DNA of 64,000 nucleotides from a virus (Duplodnaviria; Heunggongvirae; Uroviricota; Caudoviricetes): IMG/VR virus record IMGVR_UViG_2913147268_000005; one strand, 5' to 3'. Shown piece by piece: positions 33,122 to 43,345 of this stretch (position 1 is its first letter; each line of letters starts with the position of its first letter). The notes under the pieces were generated by a model. It saw only the letters and a program-made list of their open reading frames with translations, ran no database searches and was not told where the DNA came from. The position numbers and the translations under genes were made by a program.

Positions 33122-35059
33122 TCAGCCGCCGGACGCACTGCCGTAGTTCACTCCGGTGATCACCGCCACCGCCGCAGTACGGCGACGACGCCAGTTGATC
33201 CAGCGCTCCGCACGGATGGCCACGCTGCCTGTCTGGAACATGGAAACCAGCTCCACCGGGGACGGCGTGGTACTGTCGCCGGTCGGCTCAGACTGCATTT
33301 CCAGTGATGCCTCGCGGGACATATCCACTGCCACGCCGCCGTCATCCGCCAGATAAATATCCGGGGCATTCACCAGCACCAGCTGGTCACCCACGTACTG
33401 GGAGACAATCACCGGCAGCCCCTGGAAGGAGCCACCCAGCAGGGTCATGTCCGGGTATTCCTTCTGACCCAGCGCATTTTTACGCATGGACAGTGCCAGG
33501 GCATTGGTGCTGGACATCAGCCAGACCGCACCGGTGGGCTGCAGGTTTGCTGCCACAAACTGTCCAAACGCAGCCTCTGCATCCGCATCCGGGTTACCGG
33601 TTGATGCCGTGCCCTTCACATCATGGGTGATGGACGCCGGGGAGACATCTGCCACTGCGGCTTTTTTCGGGTCCACAAAGTCTGTATCCAGACGCGCCAC
33701 CACCGCTTCCGCCAGCGCATTACGGACCAGTGCATCAGCAGCCGGACTGGAAAAACGGATCAATTCTTCCGTCAGTACCGCAATGGCCGACACCTTCGCA
33801 TGACTGAAGGTGATGGATTCAAAATCAAACTTCGTCAGGGGTTTTGCCTTACCCTCACCCACCCAGCCGGCAGCACCGCCGGACACCTGGGCGTGCACAC
33901 GGATATTGAATGGCACCTGACGAAGTGCAGGGATCCCGCCCTGACCAAATCGCCCGATAATGGTCTGCGGACGCAGGTAATCAATAAAGTCCTGTGCGTA
34001 TTCCTGATATTCAGACAGGCTGCCTGCCCACTGCGGATCCGTGGTGGTCCCCGCGCCCACTGCCGATTTCAGGACATGATGCAGACGACTGTCATCCGGA
34101 TACTGACGACGGGCCACTTCCAGGGCTTCAGATCGGACGCCTTTAGCCGCAGCCAGCGATTTGGCAAAGCGGGCGAAGCCAATCCCCTTATCCAGTTTCT
34201 GCTCCACACGGATCACCGGCGCAGAAGCCACCGCGGCCACATTCCCGTTACCGGCCTGTTTCACCGGCTGCGCCGTGGCGGCCTTACCGGCTTCCAGTTC
34301 ACGCAGGCGCTTCAGGTGCGCATCCACCTGACGGATTTCCGCTGCGGTGTTGTCGTAATGCTCTTCCTCCTCCACATCCAGCGTGCGCCCTTCCTCTGCG
34401 GCTTTGGTCATGACCTCCTCAAGGGAGGCTGCCAGCGCTGCACGCTTGTTTTCAAAACTTTTAATCTGTTCGCCAATATTCATTATGGTCTTTTCCTTAT
34501 GAAAAACGGTTGTTGACTGTGCCGCAGCGCCGGCAGAAGATGCGATTTTCACCACCGGTTTCCGGTTGCCGGACGCGGCAGAAAACGGGCGGTCGTAAGA
34601 TTTAATGGTCCGGATGGTGCATTCCGCATTCGCGGGCACGGTGACGGCAGACACCTCCATCAGTTCCCAGCGCAGAAAATGCAGTCCGCCTCCGTCCAGA
34701 AAGGTGTATTCATGGGGACGGAAGCCCACGGACAGCCCCCTGACCAGCCCGGTCTTAATGGCCGCCCAGACCTCATCCAGCCGGGCAGCCAGTTGCGACG
34801 GCATATCCGGTACGGGCTTCACCAGTGTTGCCGTGATTTCCAGCCCTTCGCTGACCCGGCGCACCGTACACTGCCCCACCGGGCGGGAATGGTCATGCTG
34901 CCAGAGAAACGGGATCGCACTGCCAAACTCCGCGCCCTCCGGCTCCAGGATGTCACCATCCCGATCCGGAGAAGGCGTTGACGCAATCCCGGTGATCACC
35001 CGTTCATCCTCACTGAAGGATTTCACCGTCAGCAGGGAACAGGCCCGTTTAAGAGTCAC
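33122..35059 (-). CDS. prohead protease - scaffold - major capsid protein fusion (HK97 fold)
   Basis: N-terminal protease-like block, central coiled coil, C-terminal capsid-like domain; 645 aa. Confidence 0.65.
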   Translation of the reverse strand: MTLKRACSLLTVKSFSEDERVITGIASTPSPDRDGDILEPEGAEFGSAIPFLWQHDHSRPVGQCTVRRVSEGLEITATLVKPVPDMPSQLAARLDEVWAAIKTGLVRGLSVGFRPHEYTFLDGGGLHFLRWELMEVSAVTVPANAECTIRTIKSYDRPFSAASGNRKPVVKIASSAGAAAQSTTVFHKEKTIMNIGEQIKSFENKRAALAASLEEVMTKAAEEGRTLDVEEEEHYDNTAAEIRQVDAHLKRLRELEAGKAATAQPVKQAGNGNVAAVASAPVIRVEQKLDKGIGFARFAKSLAAAKGVRSEALEVARRQYPDDSRLHHVLKSAVGAGTTTDPQWAGSLSEYQEYAQDFIDYLRPQTIIGRFGQGGIPALRQVPFNIRVHAQVSGGAAGWVGEGKAKPLTKFDFESITFSHAKVSAIAVLTEELIRFSSPAADALVRNALAEAVVARLDTDFVDPKKAAVADVSPASITHDVKGTASTGNPDADAEAAFGQFVAANLQPTGAVWLMSSTNALALSMRKNALGQKEYPDMTLLGGSFQGLPVIVSQYVGDQLVLVNAPDIYLADDGGVAVDMSREASLEMQSEPTGDSTTPSPVELVSMFQTGSVAIRAERWINWRRRRTAAVAVITGVNYGSASGG

Positions 35060-35122
35060 ATCAGCCTCCTGAAAATAAAAAAACCGCCGGAGCGGTTCGT
35101 GATGGTTACAGTGTGAACAGGG

Positions 35123-36784
35123 TTATATGAAAAAAACCGCATATTCTTTCTTTTTCGGTTCCGGGTTAAGGGACATCAGGGAGACCGCATTGAACAGCGC
35201 CATCAGCGGGTCAATTTTTCCCCGTCCACTGGCCTGTTTGGTGATAAGAATGGCGTTACCTTTAGGCTCCACCCGGGCATTGCCGACACACCAGGCCATC
35301 AGGGGCTGGTCACCATGCACCAGCACCCCTTCAGCCAGTTTGCGCTCGGTGGTTTTAATGGCCCCGCCCAGTTTCCAGCCCTGGCTTATCCCCACCACAA
35401 TTCCGTCGGGGATCCCGGCTTCCGCCAGTGAATCCAGAATCTGCCCCACCCCTGACGGGTCAATACCGATATGGTCCAGTAACTCAGCCTCATGAATGCG
35501 ACGCACATATTCCGCCACTTCCGCCGTGTCATCCCCGACACGCCGGACAATGGTCATATCTCCACAGGCAACAAGATCCTGAAACCGGGACGCCTCGCTC
35601 TTCCGTCGGACCACCGCGGTTTCATGCGCCCAGGCATGGCCCCAGCCCAGCCATTCGCGGGTCTCCCGGTCACGCCCAATCACATACATCCCCAGCAGAT
35701 CATCCAGCCCTCCGCCGTCAATCCCCACCGTCACCACATCAGCACGACGCAGGATATCGTCCAGGCTGATACAACGGCCCTGCTCTTCCCAGAAATCAGC
35801 CCCCGCCCAGCGGTCAGAGCGCAGGGCAAGACCAATTTCCACATTGGCGTGTTTTGACATGAACCCCCGGAATGTCTCTTCACCGGCTTCCCGGGCTTTA
35901 CGGTACTCCCGGTACAGAAAGGCCTCATCCACTGAATAGCCGAGATTCGGATTGACCATGGCGAGGTTTTCCATCAGCAGGTTAGTCCCGCTTTCCACCA
36001 TTTCAGGAGGGTGTTCAAATATCACCGGCAGAAAGTGCGGATCATGAATTTTGCCGTCGCGCACATCCCGGGCGTACTGCAGTTTCTGTCTGAACACCCC
36101 GGCGGGCGGTTCATTCGACTGGGTGGTCGTATACACCACAAACCCTTCCGGGCGGGAGGCAAGGCCGCCTATGGCTTCACGTAACATGTCCTCCGCCTTG
36201 CACTGCTTGCCAAACAGCCACAACTCATCAATCAGCGTACCCACGGACTTGATACCGGACACCGTATTCGGATCGGCTGCCACCACCTTCAGGGTGGTGT
36301 CCGTCACTCGGTGGGTGATGGTCCGGATATGGGTCTGTACCTGGCAGAGGTCATCCAGATCATCGTCACGTCGTACCATATCCCGGGCAGGGTTGAAGGC
36401 GTTGGCCGCCACCTCCACAGTCGGGGCCAGAATCGTGTAACCCGCCGCCTGCCGCCAGTTCAGTAACAGTGCAGTCATCATGATCCCCGCGGCCAGCGTG
36501 GACTTCGAGTTTTTCTTGGGGATAAGGATAAAAACTTCCTTGATATGGCGTACACCGGTCTGCGCATCGTAGGAGCCAAACAGGGCCGCCACCAGGTCAA
36601 ACACCCACGGTGCACAGGACTCCCCGAACGTAGGGCTACCAGGTGCATCCACAATCCGCAGTTGTTTAAAAATCGCCAGGGCATGTGCGGCCTCGTCCGG
36701 ATAAATCGGATCCGGAATAATCGACAGCCCCTTTTTCAGGCGCTCTGCCCAGTCCGGGCAGGCTGTGCTCCATACAGGTATCAT
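35123..36784 (-). CDS. terminase large subunit
   Basis: 553-aa ORF with ATPase and nuclease-like halves, next to TerS and HNH. Confidence 0.8.
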   Translation of the reverse strand: MIPVWSTACPDWAERLKKGLSIIPDPIYPDEAAHALAIFKQLRIVDAPGSPTFGESCAPWVFDLVAALFGSYDAQTGVRHIKEVFILIPKKNSKSTLAAGIMMTALLLNWRQAAGYTILAPTVEVAANAFNPARDMVRRDDDLDDLCQVQTHIRTITHRVTDTTLKVVAADPNTVSGIKSVGTLIDELWLFGKQCKAEDMLREAIGGLASRPEGFVVYTTTQSNEPPAGVFRQKLQYARDVRDGKIHDPHFLPVIFEHPPEMVESGTNLLMENLAMVNPNLGYSVDEAFLYREYRKAREAGEETFRGFMSKHANVEIGLALRSDRWAGADFWEEQGRCISLDDILRRADVVTVGIDGGGLDDLLGMYVIGRDRETREWLGWGHAWAHETAVVRRKSEASRFQDLVACGDMTIVRRVGDDTAEVAEYVRRIHEAELLDHIGIDPSGVGQILDSLAEAGIPDGIVVGISQGWKLGGAIKTTERKLAEGVLVHGDQPLMAWCVGNARVEPKGNAILITKQASGRGKIDPLMALFNAVSLMSLNPEPKKKEYAVFFI

Positions 36785-37344
36785 CCGTTGCCCTCATTAT
36801 CGTTATTCACCACCAGTCGGGGGGGCGGTGGCACCGCAAAACGGTTAGCCGCTTTTTTCGCGGCATCACCTTTTGCCGATTTTTTCCCGGTATCCCCTTT
36901 TTTATGGTGCGTGAACTGCGCCAGACGCCAGGCCGCATCCAGTGCCAGTTTCGGATCAATGCAGAGGTTTTCCACCAGGATCCGCCCCATGGCTTTCACC
37001 GGATCGGGAAGACCATCCTCCATATATTCAATACCAGGAGACATCACCGCGGACGGTGGCATCTCCAGATTGTTTTCGTCCGGCTGTGGTATTGCAGCCG
37101 CCTCACGGCGACGGGGTTTATCCTCCTGCTCTGATTTTTTCTGCCGGTAAACAGGAACCTCATCCACCTCCACCGTCTCGCATTGTTTACGGGCTATAAA
37201 CGCAAGCACCTCAGGATCTTTTGCCAGCTGCGAGCCTTTAACCCTGGCGGTCTTCGCCGAATAACCGGCGGCAATGGCTGACGCTGTTTTGTTTTTCCCG
37301 GACATGAGCGCCAGCGCAAATTTTCGTTTTTGCGTTGTCAGCAC
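36781..37344 (-). CDS. terminase small subunit
   Basis: 187-aa ORF with N-terminal HTH-like region, overlapping TerL start. Confidence 0.65.
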   Translation of the reverse strand: MLTTQKRKFALALMSGKNKTASAIAAGYSAKTARVKGSQLAKDPEVLAFIARKQCETVEVDEVPVYRQKKSEQEDKPRRREAAAIPQPDENNLEMPPSAVMSPGIEYMEDGLPDPVKAMGRILVENLCIDPKLALDAAWRLAQFTHHKKGDTGKKSAKGDAAKKAANRFAVPPPPRLVVNNDNEGNG

Positions 37345-37399
37345 AGCCTCCTCCCGGGTCCAGAACGCACTCAGCCGGGTATGGTTCAGCCCATTTTTC

Positions 37400-37545
37400 C
37401 CGGCGTCTCATGCCGCAAATGTTAACTGCTGCCTGGTTAACATTTGCTGAAAAAGCCTGTTAACATTTTTTCCGCACAACAAACTGAATAATAAAGATAA
37501 AAACCGCAAAAATGCCCGGGCAGCCAGTTAACATGTTAACTGCCC
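37400..37545. promoter_or_regulatory. cluster of GTTAACA palindromes upstream of terminase (candidate cos/pac or operator)
   Basis: AAATGTTAAC-N9-GTTAACATTT, CTGTTAACAT, and the 18-bp perfect palindrome CAGTTAACATGTTAACTG. Confidence 0.45.
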
Positions 37546-37634
37546 TGAAACGGGAATTTTTTCTCTGCGTGAGAGGGGGCGCGGTGTCCAAAGCGATCGT
37601 TTTTTACGCCGGATGATACCCCCCCCGGGTTGGG

Positions 37635-38000
37635 TTACAGTCCGATGATGTCGTCCTCTCTGCCACTACCTCCGGACACCTCCGGCAGCGTCGGGTCCGG
37701 CATACCACTCGCCGCTTCACGAGCAGACTTTTGTCGATGGCATTCGGCACAGAGCGTCCAAAGATTCGTCTCCTCATTACCACCACCGAACTGAAGTGCA
37801 ATTCGGTGATCGAGTTCACTGTCACAGAGGTCAACCACACGACCACAGATACAGCACTGCCCGGCGTCCCTCAGCCAGATATGACGCTTGAGGGAAACAC
37901 GTGCACTGCCACTGACACGACGCTGCTCCCCCTTCAGAATATTCACCCGTCGGGTATTCAGTGTTTTGATTCTGCTCTGGAGTGTACGAAGCTCAGCCAT
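37635..38000 (-). CDS. HNH endonuclease (terminase-associated)
   Basis: CCICGRVVDLCDSELDHRIALQFGGGNEETNLWTLCAECHRQK HNH motif. Confidence 0.8.
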   Translation of the reverse strand: MAELRTLQSRIKTLNTRRVNILKGEQRRVSGSARVSLKRHIWLRDAGQCCICGRVVDLCDSELDHRIALQFGGGNEETNLWTLCAECHRQKSAREAASGMPDPTLPEVSGGSGREDDIIGL

Positions 38001-38040
38001 GTAAAATCCCCGTCATATGGCAATCAGTAAAGGAAATAAA

Positions 38041-38242
38041 TATGTCATCGAAAAACCGGACCCGCAGAACCACAACCCGCAATATCCGTTTCCCCAATCA
38101 CATAATTGAACAGATCAACATCGCCCTTGAGCATAAAGGGTCCGGTAACTTTTCAGCGTGGGTTATTGAAGCCTGCAGGAGAAGGCTGGCAACAGATGCA
38201 ACGCATCTGCGCCCGGCCAGCATGACAAATAACGAGAAATGA
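38041..38242 (+). CDS. hypothetical small DNA-binding-like protein
   Basis: 66-aa ORF MSSKNRTRRTTTRNIRFPNHIIEQINIALEHKGSGNFSAWVIEACRRRL. Confidence 0.35.
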
Positions 38243-38440
38243 ACGTTCGGTTTCTTCCACCATCGCACCGGACAGGCGACTATGAGGGGACAACGCCGCG
38301 CTCCGTTAACGCGGTAAACCCCGGTGTGTATCGTTTTTGATTATCCCCGCACACTCGCGCAGAGGAGTCTCCCTGTCGGGCTGCGGTCTCTGTTAATGCA
38401 GGAATACGGCGACAATACCGCGCATGGATAATAAGGTCGC

Positions 38441-38656
38441 TCAACACACTGGCTGTAATACCATGCGGCATTTAGCGGCATTCATCGTACACTCCACGGT
38501 TAGCTCTTCATTCGTGGCATTCACCTGAAAGGTCCGGGAGTGTAATTGCGTACATTTACCACTGAACGAACCTTCAACAAGAACACGACCACGCTGCAAA
38601 ATACGGAACGGAATTGTTCCCTGAAAAGGTTCTACGGTTACCCGTAATTTCTTCAT
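38441..38656 (-). CDS. hypothetical protein downstream of Rz
   Basis: 71-aa ORF with GGAGGA SD 5 nt upstream. Confidence 0.45.
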   Translation of the reverse strand: MKKLRVTVEPFQGTIPFRILQRGRVLVEGSFSGKCTQLHSRTFQVNATNEELTVECTMNAAKCRMVLQPVC

Positions 38657-39147
38657 GTATCCTCCGGATAATAAAAAGCCAGCTTAGTGCACTGAGTGCG
38701 GATATATTCCTGCGCCCCTTCCAGCTGCTTCTGCATTGTCATCAACCGTTCTCTGAGGATGAAATAATCCCGTTCAGCGGTGTCTGCCAGTCGGGGGCCG
38801 GTTGCATTATCCACGCTGGAGGTGCCGGTGGCTTCACGCACGGTACCGGGGCAGGTGGCGTTGACCCGCAGGCGCTTACGACCAGCGGCAACATCAGCGC
38901 GCAGAGTTTCATTTTCAGCTCTCGCATCGGCTAATTCCTTCGTGTATCTGGCATCAAGCGCAGCGACATCTCGCTGGCGCTGCTGCATGTCAGTAATAGT
39001 GGCATTCGCCAGTTTCAGCTCACTGACTTTTTTATCGCGCTGCGCTTTGTAGGTGATGGCGTTATCGCGGTAATGATTCAGCCCCAGACTAAGCACACCA
39101 CAGGCTACCAGCATGACAATAATCACCACACACAGAACACGGTTCAT
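38653..39147 (-). CDS. Rz i-spanin
   Basis: [39 protein letters not shown]... matches lambda Rz as recalled. Confidence 0.85.
   Translation of the reverse strand: MNRVLCVVIIVMLVACGVLSLGLNHYRDNAITYKAQRDKKVSELKLANATITDMQQRQRDVAALDARYTKELADARAENETLRADVAAGRKRLRVNATCPGTVREATGTSSVDNATGPRLADTAERDYFILRERLMTMQKQLEGAQEYIRTQCTKLAFYYPEDT
38742..38912 (-). CDS. Rz1 o-spanin lipoprotein (embedded)
   Basis: [34 protein letters not shown], lipobox plus proline-rich, inside Rz in another frame. Confidence 0.8.
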   Translation of the reverse strand: MKLCALMLPLVVSACGSTPPAPVPCVKPPAPPAWIMQPAPDWQTPLNGIISSSENG

Positions 39148-39230
39148 ATCACCACCAACGGATTGCCCAGACCAGAACAGCAATGGCCACAATACGAATG
39201 GCAAATGCCATTGCCCGAATAAGTTCAGCA

Positions 39231-39660
39231 CTCATCTTTTTAAAGTTCACGATTTCAGCGCAATGACCAGTTTTGCCAGCCCATACAGCATCGGAGACAC
39301 AGCAATACCAACAGCCACCCACTTAATAGCAAAAGCCAGCGCTCTGCTGATGTCATCAGTCACTGTCACCCCAGCAGCCCCGACGAAGACAACATCACCC
39401 AGGCGAGGGACAGAAAAAGAGCAACCAGCATTAGTGAAAATGAAATACCGACAATCACACACAGGACCTTTGCCGGCGTTATGAGTTTGTCTGACATAGC
39501 TACCCCTTAATTGCCACAATTAACTGGGATACTACCCATAAAAAAGGGATGCTCCAGACCAGCAAAAATTTCCAGTTTGGTAATTGACTAATCATGAGTC
39601 GCAACTCCCTAATCAGTTTGCTAAAATCAATCAAGGCAGCCTCCCATAGCTTACTGCCAT
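39231..39660 (-). other. cluster of 3-4 tiny hydrophobic ORFs (27-42 codons) between lysozyme and Rz
   Basis: MISQLPNWKFLLVWSIPFLWVVSQLIVAIKG (AGGGAG SD), MSDKLITPAKVLCVIVGISFSLMLVALFLSLAWVMLSSSGLLG (AAGGGG SD), [28 protein letters not shown]. Confidence 0.35.
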
Positions 39661-39700
39661 AAAAACAAAACCCCGCTTGCTGCCAACAAACGGGGTTTTT
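39661..39700. terminator. bidirectional rho-independent terminator after lysozyme
   Basis: CCCCGCTTGCTGCCAACAAACGGGG hairpin flanked by A-run and T-run. Confidence 0.55.
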
Positions 39701-39788
39701 ACTTTTATTCACTTAGGTTTTGCCAGTTCACAGGACTTCGTGTTATCCGCCCGCGTTGGCCAACCTCATTTTTCAGCAAAATATTCTG

Positions 39789-40250
39789 CTTATCTGTCGA
39801 TTCCCCAGCACGCCAGCGCGCTCTCCTGGTCACGACGGAATACCTGACCGTAACAGTTATTTGAGCGAATACGGCAGTCTCTGCCACCGTCCTTAATCCA
39901 CCAGCGAATCGCTTCGCATGCTCCCCTGCGATCACCTGCATTAATTCGTCTGTAAAACGTCGACGGGAAACACTTACCGGGACCAATGTTGTANNNNNNN
40001 NNNNNNNNNNNNNNNNNNNNNNNNNNNNNNNNNNNNNNNNNNNNNNNNNNNNNNNNNNNNNNNNNNNNNNNNNNNNNNNNNNNNNNNNNNNNNNNNNNNN
40101 NNNNNNNNNNNNNNNNNNNNNNNNNNNNNNNNNNNNNNNNNNNNNNNNNNNNNNNNNNNNNNNNNNNNNNNNNNNNNNNNNNNNNNNNNNNNNNNNNNNN
40201 NNNNNNNNNNNNNNNNNNNNNNNNNNNNNNNNNCTGATTTTTGCGTTCAT
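39789..40250 (-). CDS. phage lysozyme R (RrrQ/933W R-like), interrupted by assembly gap
   Basis: My own translation of 39789-39993 gives YNIGPGKCFPSTFYRRINAGDRRGACEAIRWWIKDGGRDCRIRSNNCYGQVFRRDQESALACWGIDR*; putative start MNAKI at 40250; the supplied ORF is in a different frame. Confidence 0.65.
39994..40233. other. assembly gap (N run)
   Basis: 240 consecutive N. Confidence 1.
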
Positions 40251-40355
40251 GGATATTTATCAGGATTTATCGGTTTCTGAGCCCTGGATATGTTTATCAG
40301 TTCCAGCCTGTTGCCTCAGGCTGCTAACAGGTCAATACAATCATGAGGATTATTT

Positions 40356-40628
40356 ATGGACAATAACACCATTTCTCTACAGGAGTTGCTCGACAGCATT
40401 TCCAGGCTTCGGGAAGACGTGAATACCCTTACCGTCGCCTTCTCATATCTGGCATTCTCAATTCCAAGGGAACAGATGCAATCAACGCTGGCATCAATCC
40501 AGTTTGAATCATGCAATCCCAAATGGTCTCAGGAACAACAAGACTCTTTCAGGCGGCTTGCTGTATTACTGGATGAAAAATATGCTGGTAAAATTACCAT
40601 TTCGGCGGACTCTTCAGAGAACCCGTAA
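40356..40628 (+). CDS. hypothetical protein convergent with DUF1327-like gene
   Basis: 90-aa ORF with GAGGA SD 8 nt upstream; overlaps the 3' end of the opposing gene by ~35 bp. Confidence 0.4.
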   Translation: MDNNTISLQELLDSISRLREDVNTLTVAFSYLAFSIPREQMQSTLASIQFESCNPKWSQEQQDSFRRLAVLLDEKYAGKITISADSSENP

Positions 40629-40938
40629 TTATTCCCGGTAGTTTTCCTCTGTAGGTTATCAACACATCCTGCGCCTCTAAAATTACGGGGCGCTTTTCCG
40701 GCGACTGCTCATCCCCTTCACATAACCCGGCAGCAACATCCAGGAAGACCTGTCTGATGCTCCTTCTGGCTGCTGCCTCATAAAACTCCAGCGCGGCACC
40801 TTCAACACGGTCCAGCGAGATGTCCAGGTCAAAAATTTCACCGTCAAAGCGTTTTTTGTCCCGTAACGCTAAAGTTACCGTAACTTTATTCTCAAAATTG
40901 CGGATCCCTTTCACAATCAGTTCATAGTTTTGAGTCAT
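40594..40938 (-). CDS. DUF1327-like (YdfR-like) protein between holin and lysozyme
   Basis: 114-aa ORF; position between holin and lysozyme equals ydfR in K-12 Qin; family assignment from memory. Confidence 0.45.
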   Translation of the reverse strand: MTQNYELIVKGIRNFENKVTVTLALRDKKRFDGEIFDLDISLDRVEGAALEFYEAAARRSIRQVFLDVAAGLCEGDEQSPEKRPVILEAQDVLITYRGKLPGIITGSLKSPPKW

Positions 40939-40942
40939 TGAA

Positions 40943-41158
40943 TTACTCTCCCCGTGCAGCCTTACGACGGTCCTCTCTGATTTTGAAATACAGGTTAGTC
41001 AGATATGTCAGCAGCCCAAACAGCAGACTCCCCAGCACGCCTATTGCCGCCCACTGAGACGGGGAAACCCTGTCCAGCAACTGCAGGAACCAGTAGCCCG
41101 TTCCCACCGCTGACGTGGTGTATGACACACCTGTTGTGATTTTTTCCATCTGGTACAT
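40943..41158 (-). CDS. holin S (Stx-phage/Qin type)
   Basis: [74 protein letters not shown] opens further upstream at 41236. Confidence 0.8.
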   Translation of the reverse strand: MYQMEKITTGVSYTTSAVGTGYWFLQLLDRVSPSQWAAIGVLGSLLFGLLTYLTNLYFKIREDRRKAARGE

Positions 41159-41308
41159 ACCCCGTCTCCCGTTATCCGGAAGCTGACAACAATAAAAAAA
41201 GCCACCAGTTAAGTACTGATGGCTCTGATAACTCATGCAGGCATCTCAGACGACCCACTGACACTACCGGTGAGTTTAACGATACCTTCCATTTGACTGG
41301 CTCACTTT

Positions 41309-42130
41309 TTATGATGATGCCGGTGCATTTATCTCCAGCACCAGACTTTCTATCTCAACGCCATACGTTGCATTTTTGGTAATATCCGTCAGCGTCAGCG
41401 CATTCAGCCCCAGTGTCAGACTGTNNNNNNNNNNTGGTGCATTTATCTCCAGCACCAGACTTTCTATCTCAACGCCATACGCTGCATTTTTGGTAATATC
41501 CGTCAGCGTCAGCGCATTCAGCCCCAGTGTCAGACTGTCTTTTATGACCTGGAATGCCGGGCCAGCCACTCCATTCAGTTTCGGAGTAACCGTGGCACTG
41601 CCGGCGGTGAACACCAGCTCCAGCGTCTGCCAGTCGTTACTGTAATTCCCGAACTCGCCCAACTTTGTGTTTCCTGCTTTCTTGTGATGCATCAGATTCA
41701 GTTTGCCGTCTGTGGTCTGGGTGAAGAACGACATCAGGAACGGGTTACCAGTCCCGGTCATCGCCACGACGTCAGGTAACGCTACATCGGTATACAGATA
41801 AATTCCCAGACCGAACTGATTGTTGGTCAGTGCGCCTGACAGTCGAAACTTACAGCTCAGTCTGCCACCCCGTGTCAGCAGGGAGACTGCGTCATCCACC
41901 GGATGCATCAGGGACCAAGTTTTATTGCTCTGCTTGGTAACCTTAAACACACCATCTTCCAGCGCAACACTGCCGCCGGTGATGGTCCAGCCCTGCGCAG
42001 CAGCCTCTCCGGCTGTCGGCAGCAGGGAGACTGTACGAACGGATGTGTCACCATCAGACGGCCCCGATGGAGTGTCGCCGCCGGGCGAGGGTTTGATTTC
42101 CGGTGCCTTACCACTAATGAAGGCTAATCG
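41309..42130 (-). pseudogene. nanS: nanS-p 3' fragment (C-terminal domain) with internal duplication around a 10-N gap
   Basis: Matches 4677-5334; duplicated LTLGLNALTLTDITKNA.YGVEIESLVLEINAP around Ns at 41425-41434. Confidence 0.7.
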
Positions 42131-42228
42131 CCCGCAGCCATCACTGACCGCGGGCGAAAGTGTAAAGCAGGTGCCTTACCACCCTGACCTGACAACCGGA
42201 TATGCGGGGATTACTCCCCGCACAACGG

Positions 42229-42381
42229 CTACTTCTTCGGTTCGTAAGCGAGAACAGCCTTAAACTCAATATTACGTTCCTTCACCGTAAACTCACACAG
42301 CGAGTCTCCGACCAGAAGCGTAAATCCCAGCACCGTCAAACACAGCACTATGACTGCCGCAAGGGCATATTTCGTCAGCAT
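42229..42381 (-). CDS. hokE: Hok-family type I toxin (HokE-like)
   Basis: [50 protein letters not shown]; upstream overlapping mok-like frame. Confidence 0.75.
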   Translation of the reverse strand: MLTKYALAAVIVLCLTVLGFTLLVGDSLCEFTVKERNIEFKAVLAYEPKK

Positions 42382-42502
42382 GTTTATATTGCCTCCATGC
42401 GAAGAAGGGACTACCATCCAAATTGTCGTTGCGAATGATAAAGCAGTTGGATGGAACTGGAGTAGCGGAGCCTATAACGCAAATATTGGTGGTGCATCAA
42501 CG

Positions 42503-43035
42503 TTAATTATTCATTTTTATATGGGAGACGGAAGTTGTCCTGCAGCTCAGTTTCGGATTAATTATAAAAATGGCGGTATTTTTTAGCCGGCAGCATGCAT
42601 CCACCCAGCCCGACAGCAGTGAACGGCTCAGCTCCACACCTTGCCGGCCGTATATTTCTGACTGGCGATACAGCGGGGTGTGCTCTGCATACTTCGAGGT
42701 CAGCACGCGGGCCAGCAGCCCCGGTCCGGCGATACCCCGCTCGATGGGCCGCGAAGGTGCAGGTGCCTGCACGATGGCATCGCACTGAGTACAGGCATGT
42801 TTTTCCCGTACCGTCCGGATAACCCGGAAGGCGCTACGCATCAACTCCAGCTGTTCGGCGGTATCCTCGCCCAGATAGCTCAGTGAACCGCCGCAGTTCG
42901 GGCAGCACGGCGCCGCAGGCAACAGTCGCTTTTCGTCACGGGGTAGTGATTCAGGGAACGGCTTACGGGTGCGGGTCTGACGCAACGGACGCTGTACTGC
43001 CGGGTCATACACCCTACCAGTCAGCGTATCGCTCT
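42503..43035 (-). mobile_element. IS66-family transposase (TnpC) internal fragment
   Basis: YDPAVQRPL...CPNCGGSL zinc-ribbon region, continuous with the orfC 5' part found at 56470-56745 on the opposite strand. Confidence 0.7.
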
Positions 43036-43199
43036 CTTTGAGTTTCGGGAGCCGCGGTTTTGACGTTTTGCGGGGACCTGCCTTTTGTTCCCTCCGGTAT
43101 TCACCATCACCTTTTTGAGAACCTTCGCCGCAAGGGGCATCACTGCCACGGCCGGAAACGACTGTCCGGGGGCAGACCGCAAAAGTTTTTGCCTGCTTC

Positions 43200-43345
43200 T
43201 GGGCAAAAAGTTTTGCGGGATGTCGTGGCAGAACGTCCTGACCAGCTGTGGGTGGCTGATTTTACTTACGTCAGCACATGGCAGGGCTTCGTCTATGTGG
43301 CGTTCATCATTGATGTGTTTGCCGGATACATCGTGGGGTGGCTGT
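43200..43345 (+). mobile_element. IS3-family transposase fragment
   Basis: KVLRDVVAERPDQLWVADFTYVSTWQGFVYVAFIIDVFAGYIVGW, DDE integrase-core signature. Confidence 0.55.

Noticed and set aside
33623-34516. 297-aa plus-strand ORF
   Set aside because: Antisense to the protease-capsid gene; no independent support.
39705-40250. Supplied 181-aa ORF across the N run
   Set aside because: Its frame gives no recognisable protein, whereas an alternative frame gives a clean lysozyme C-terminus; the X residues are just gap Ns.
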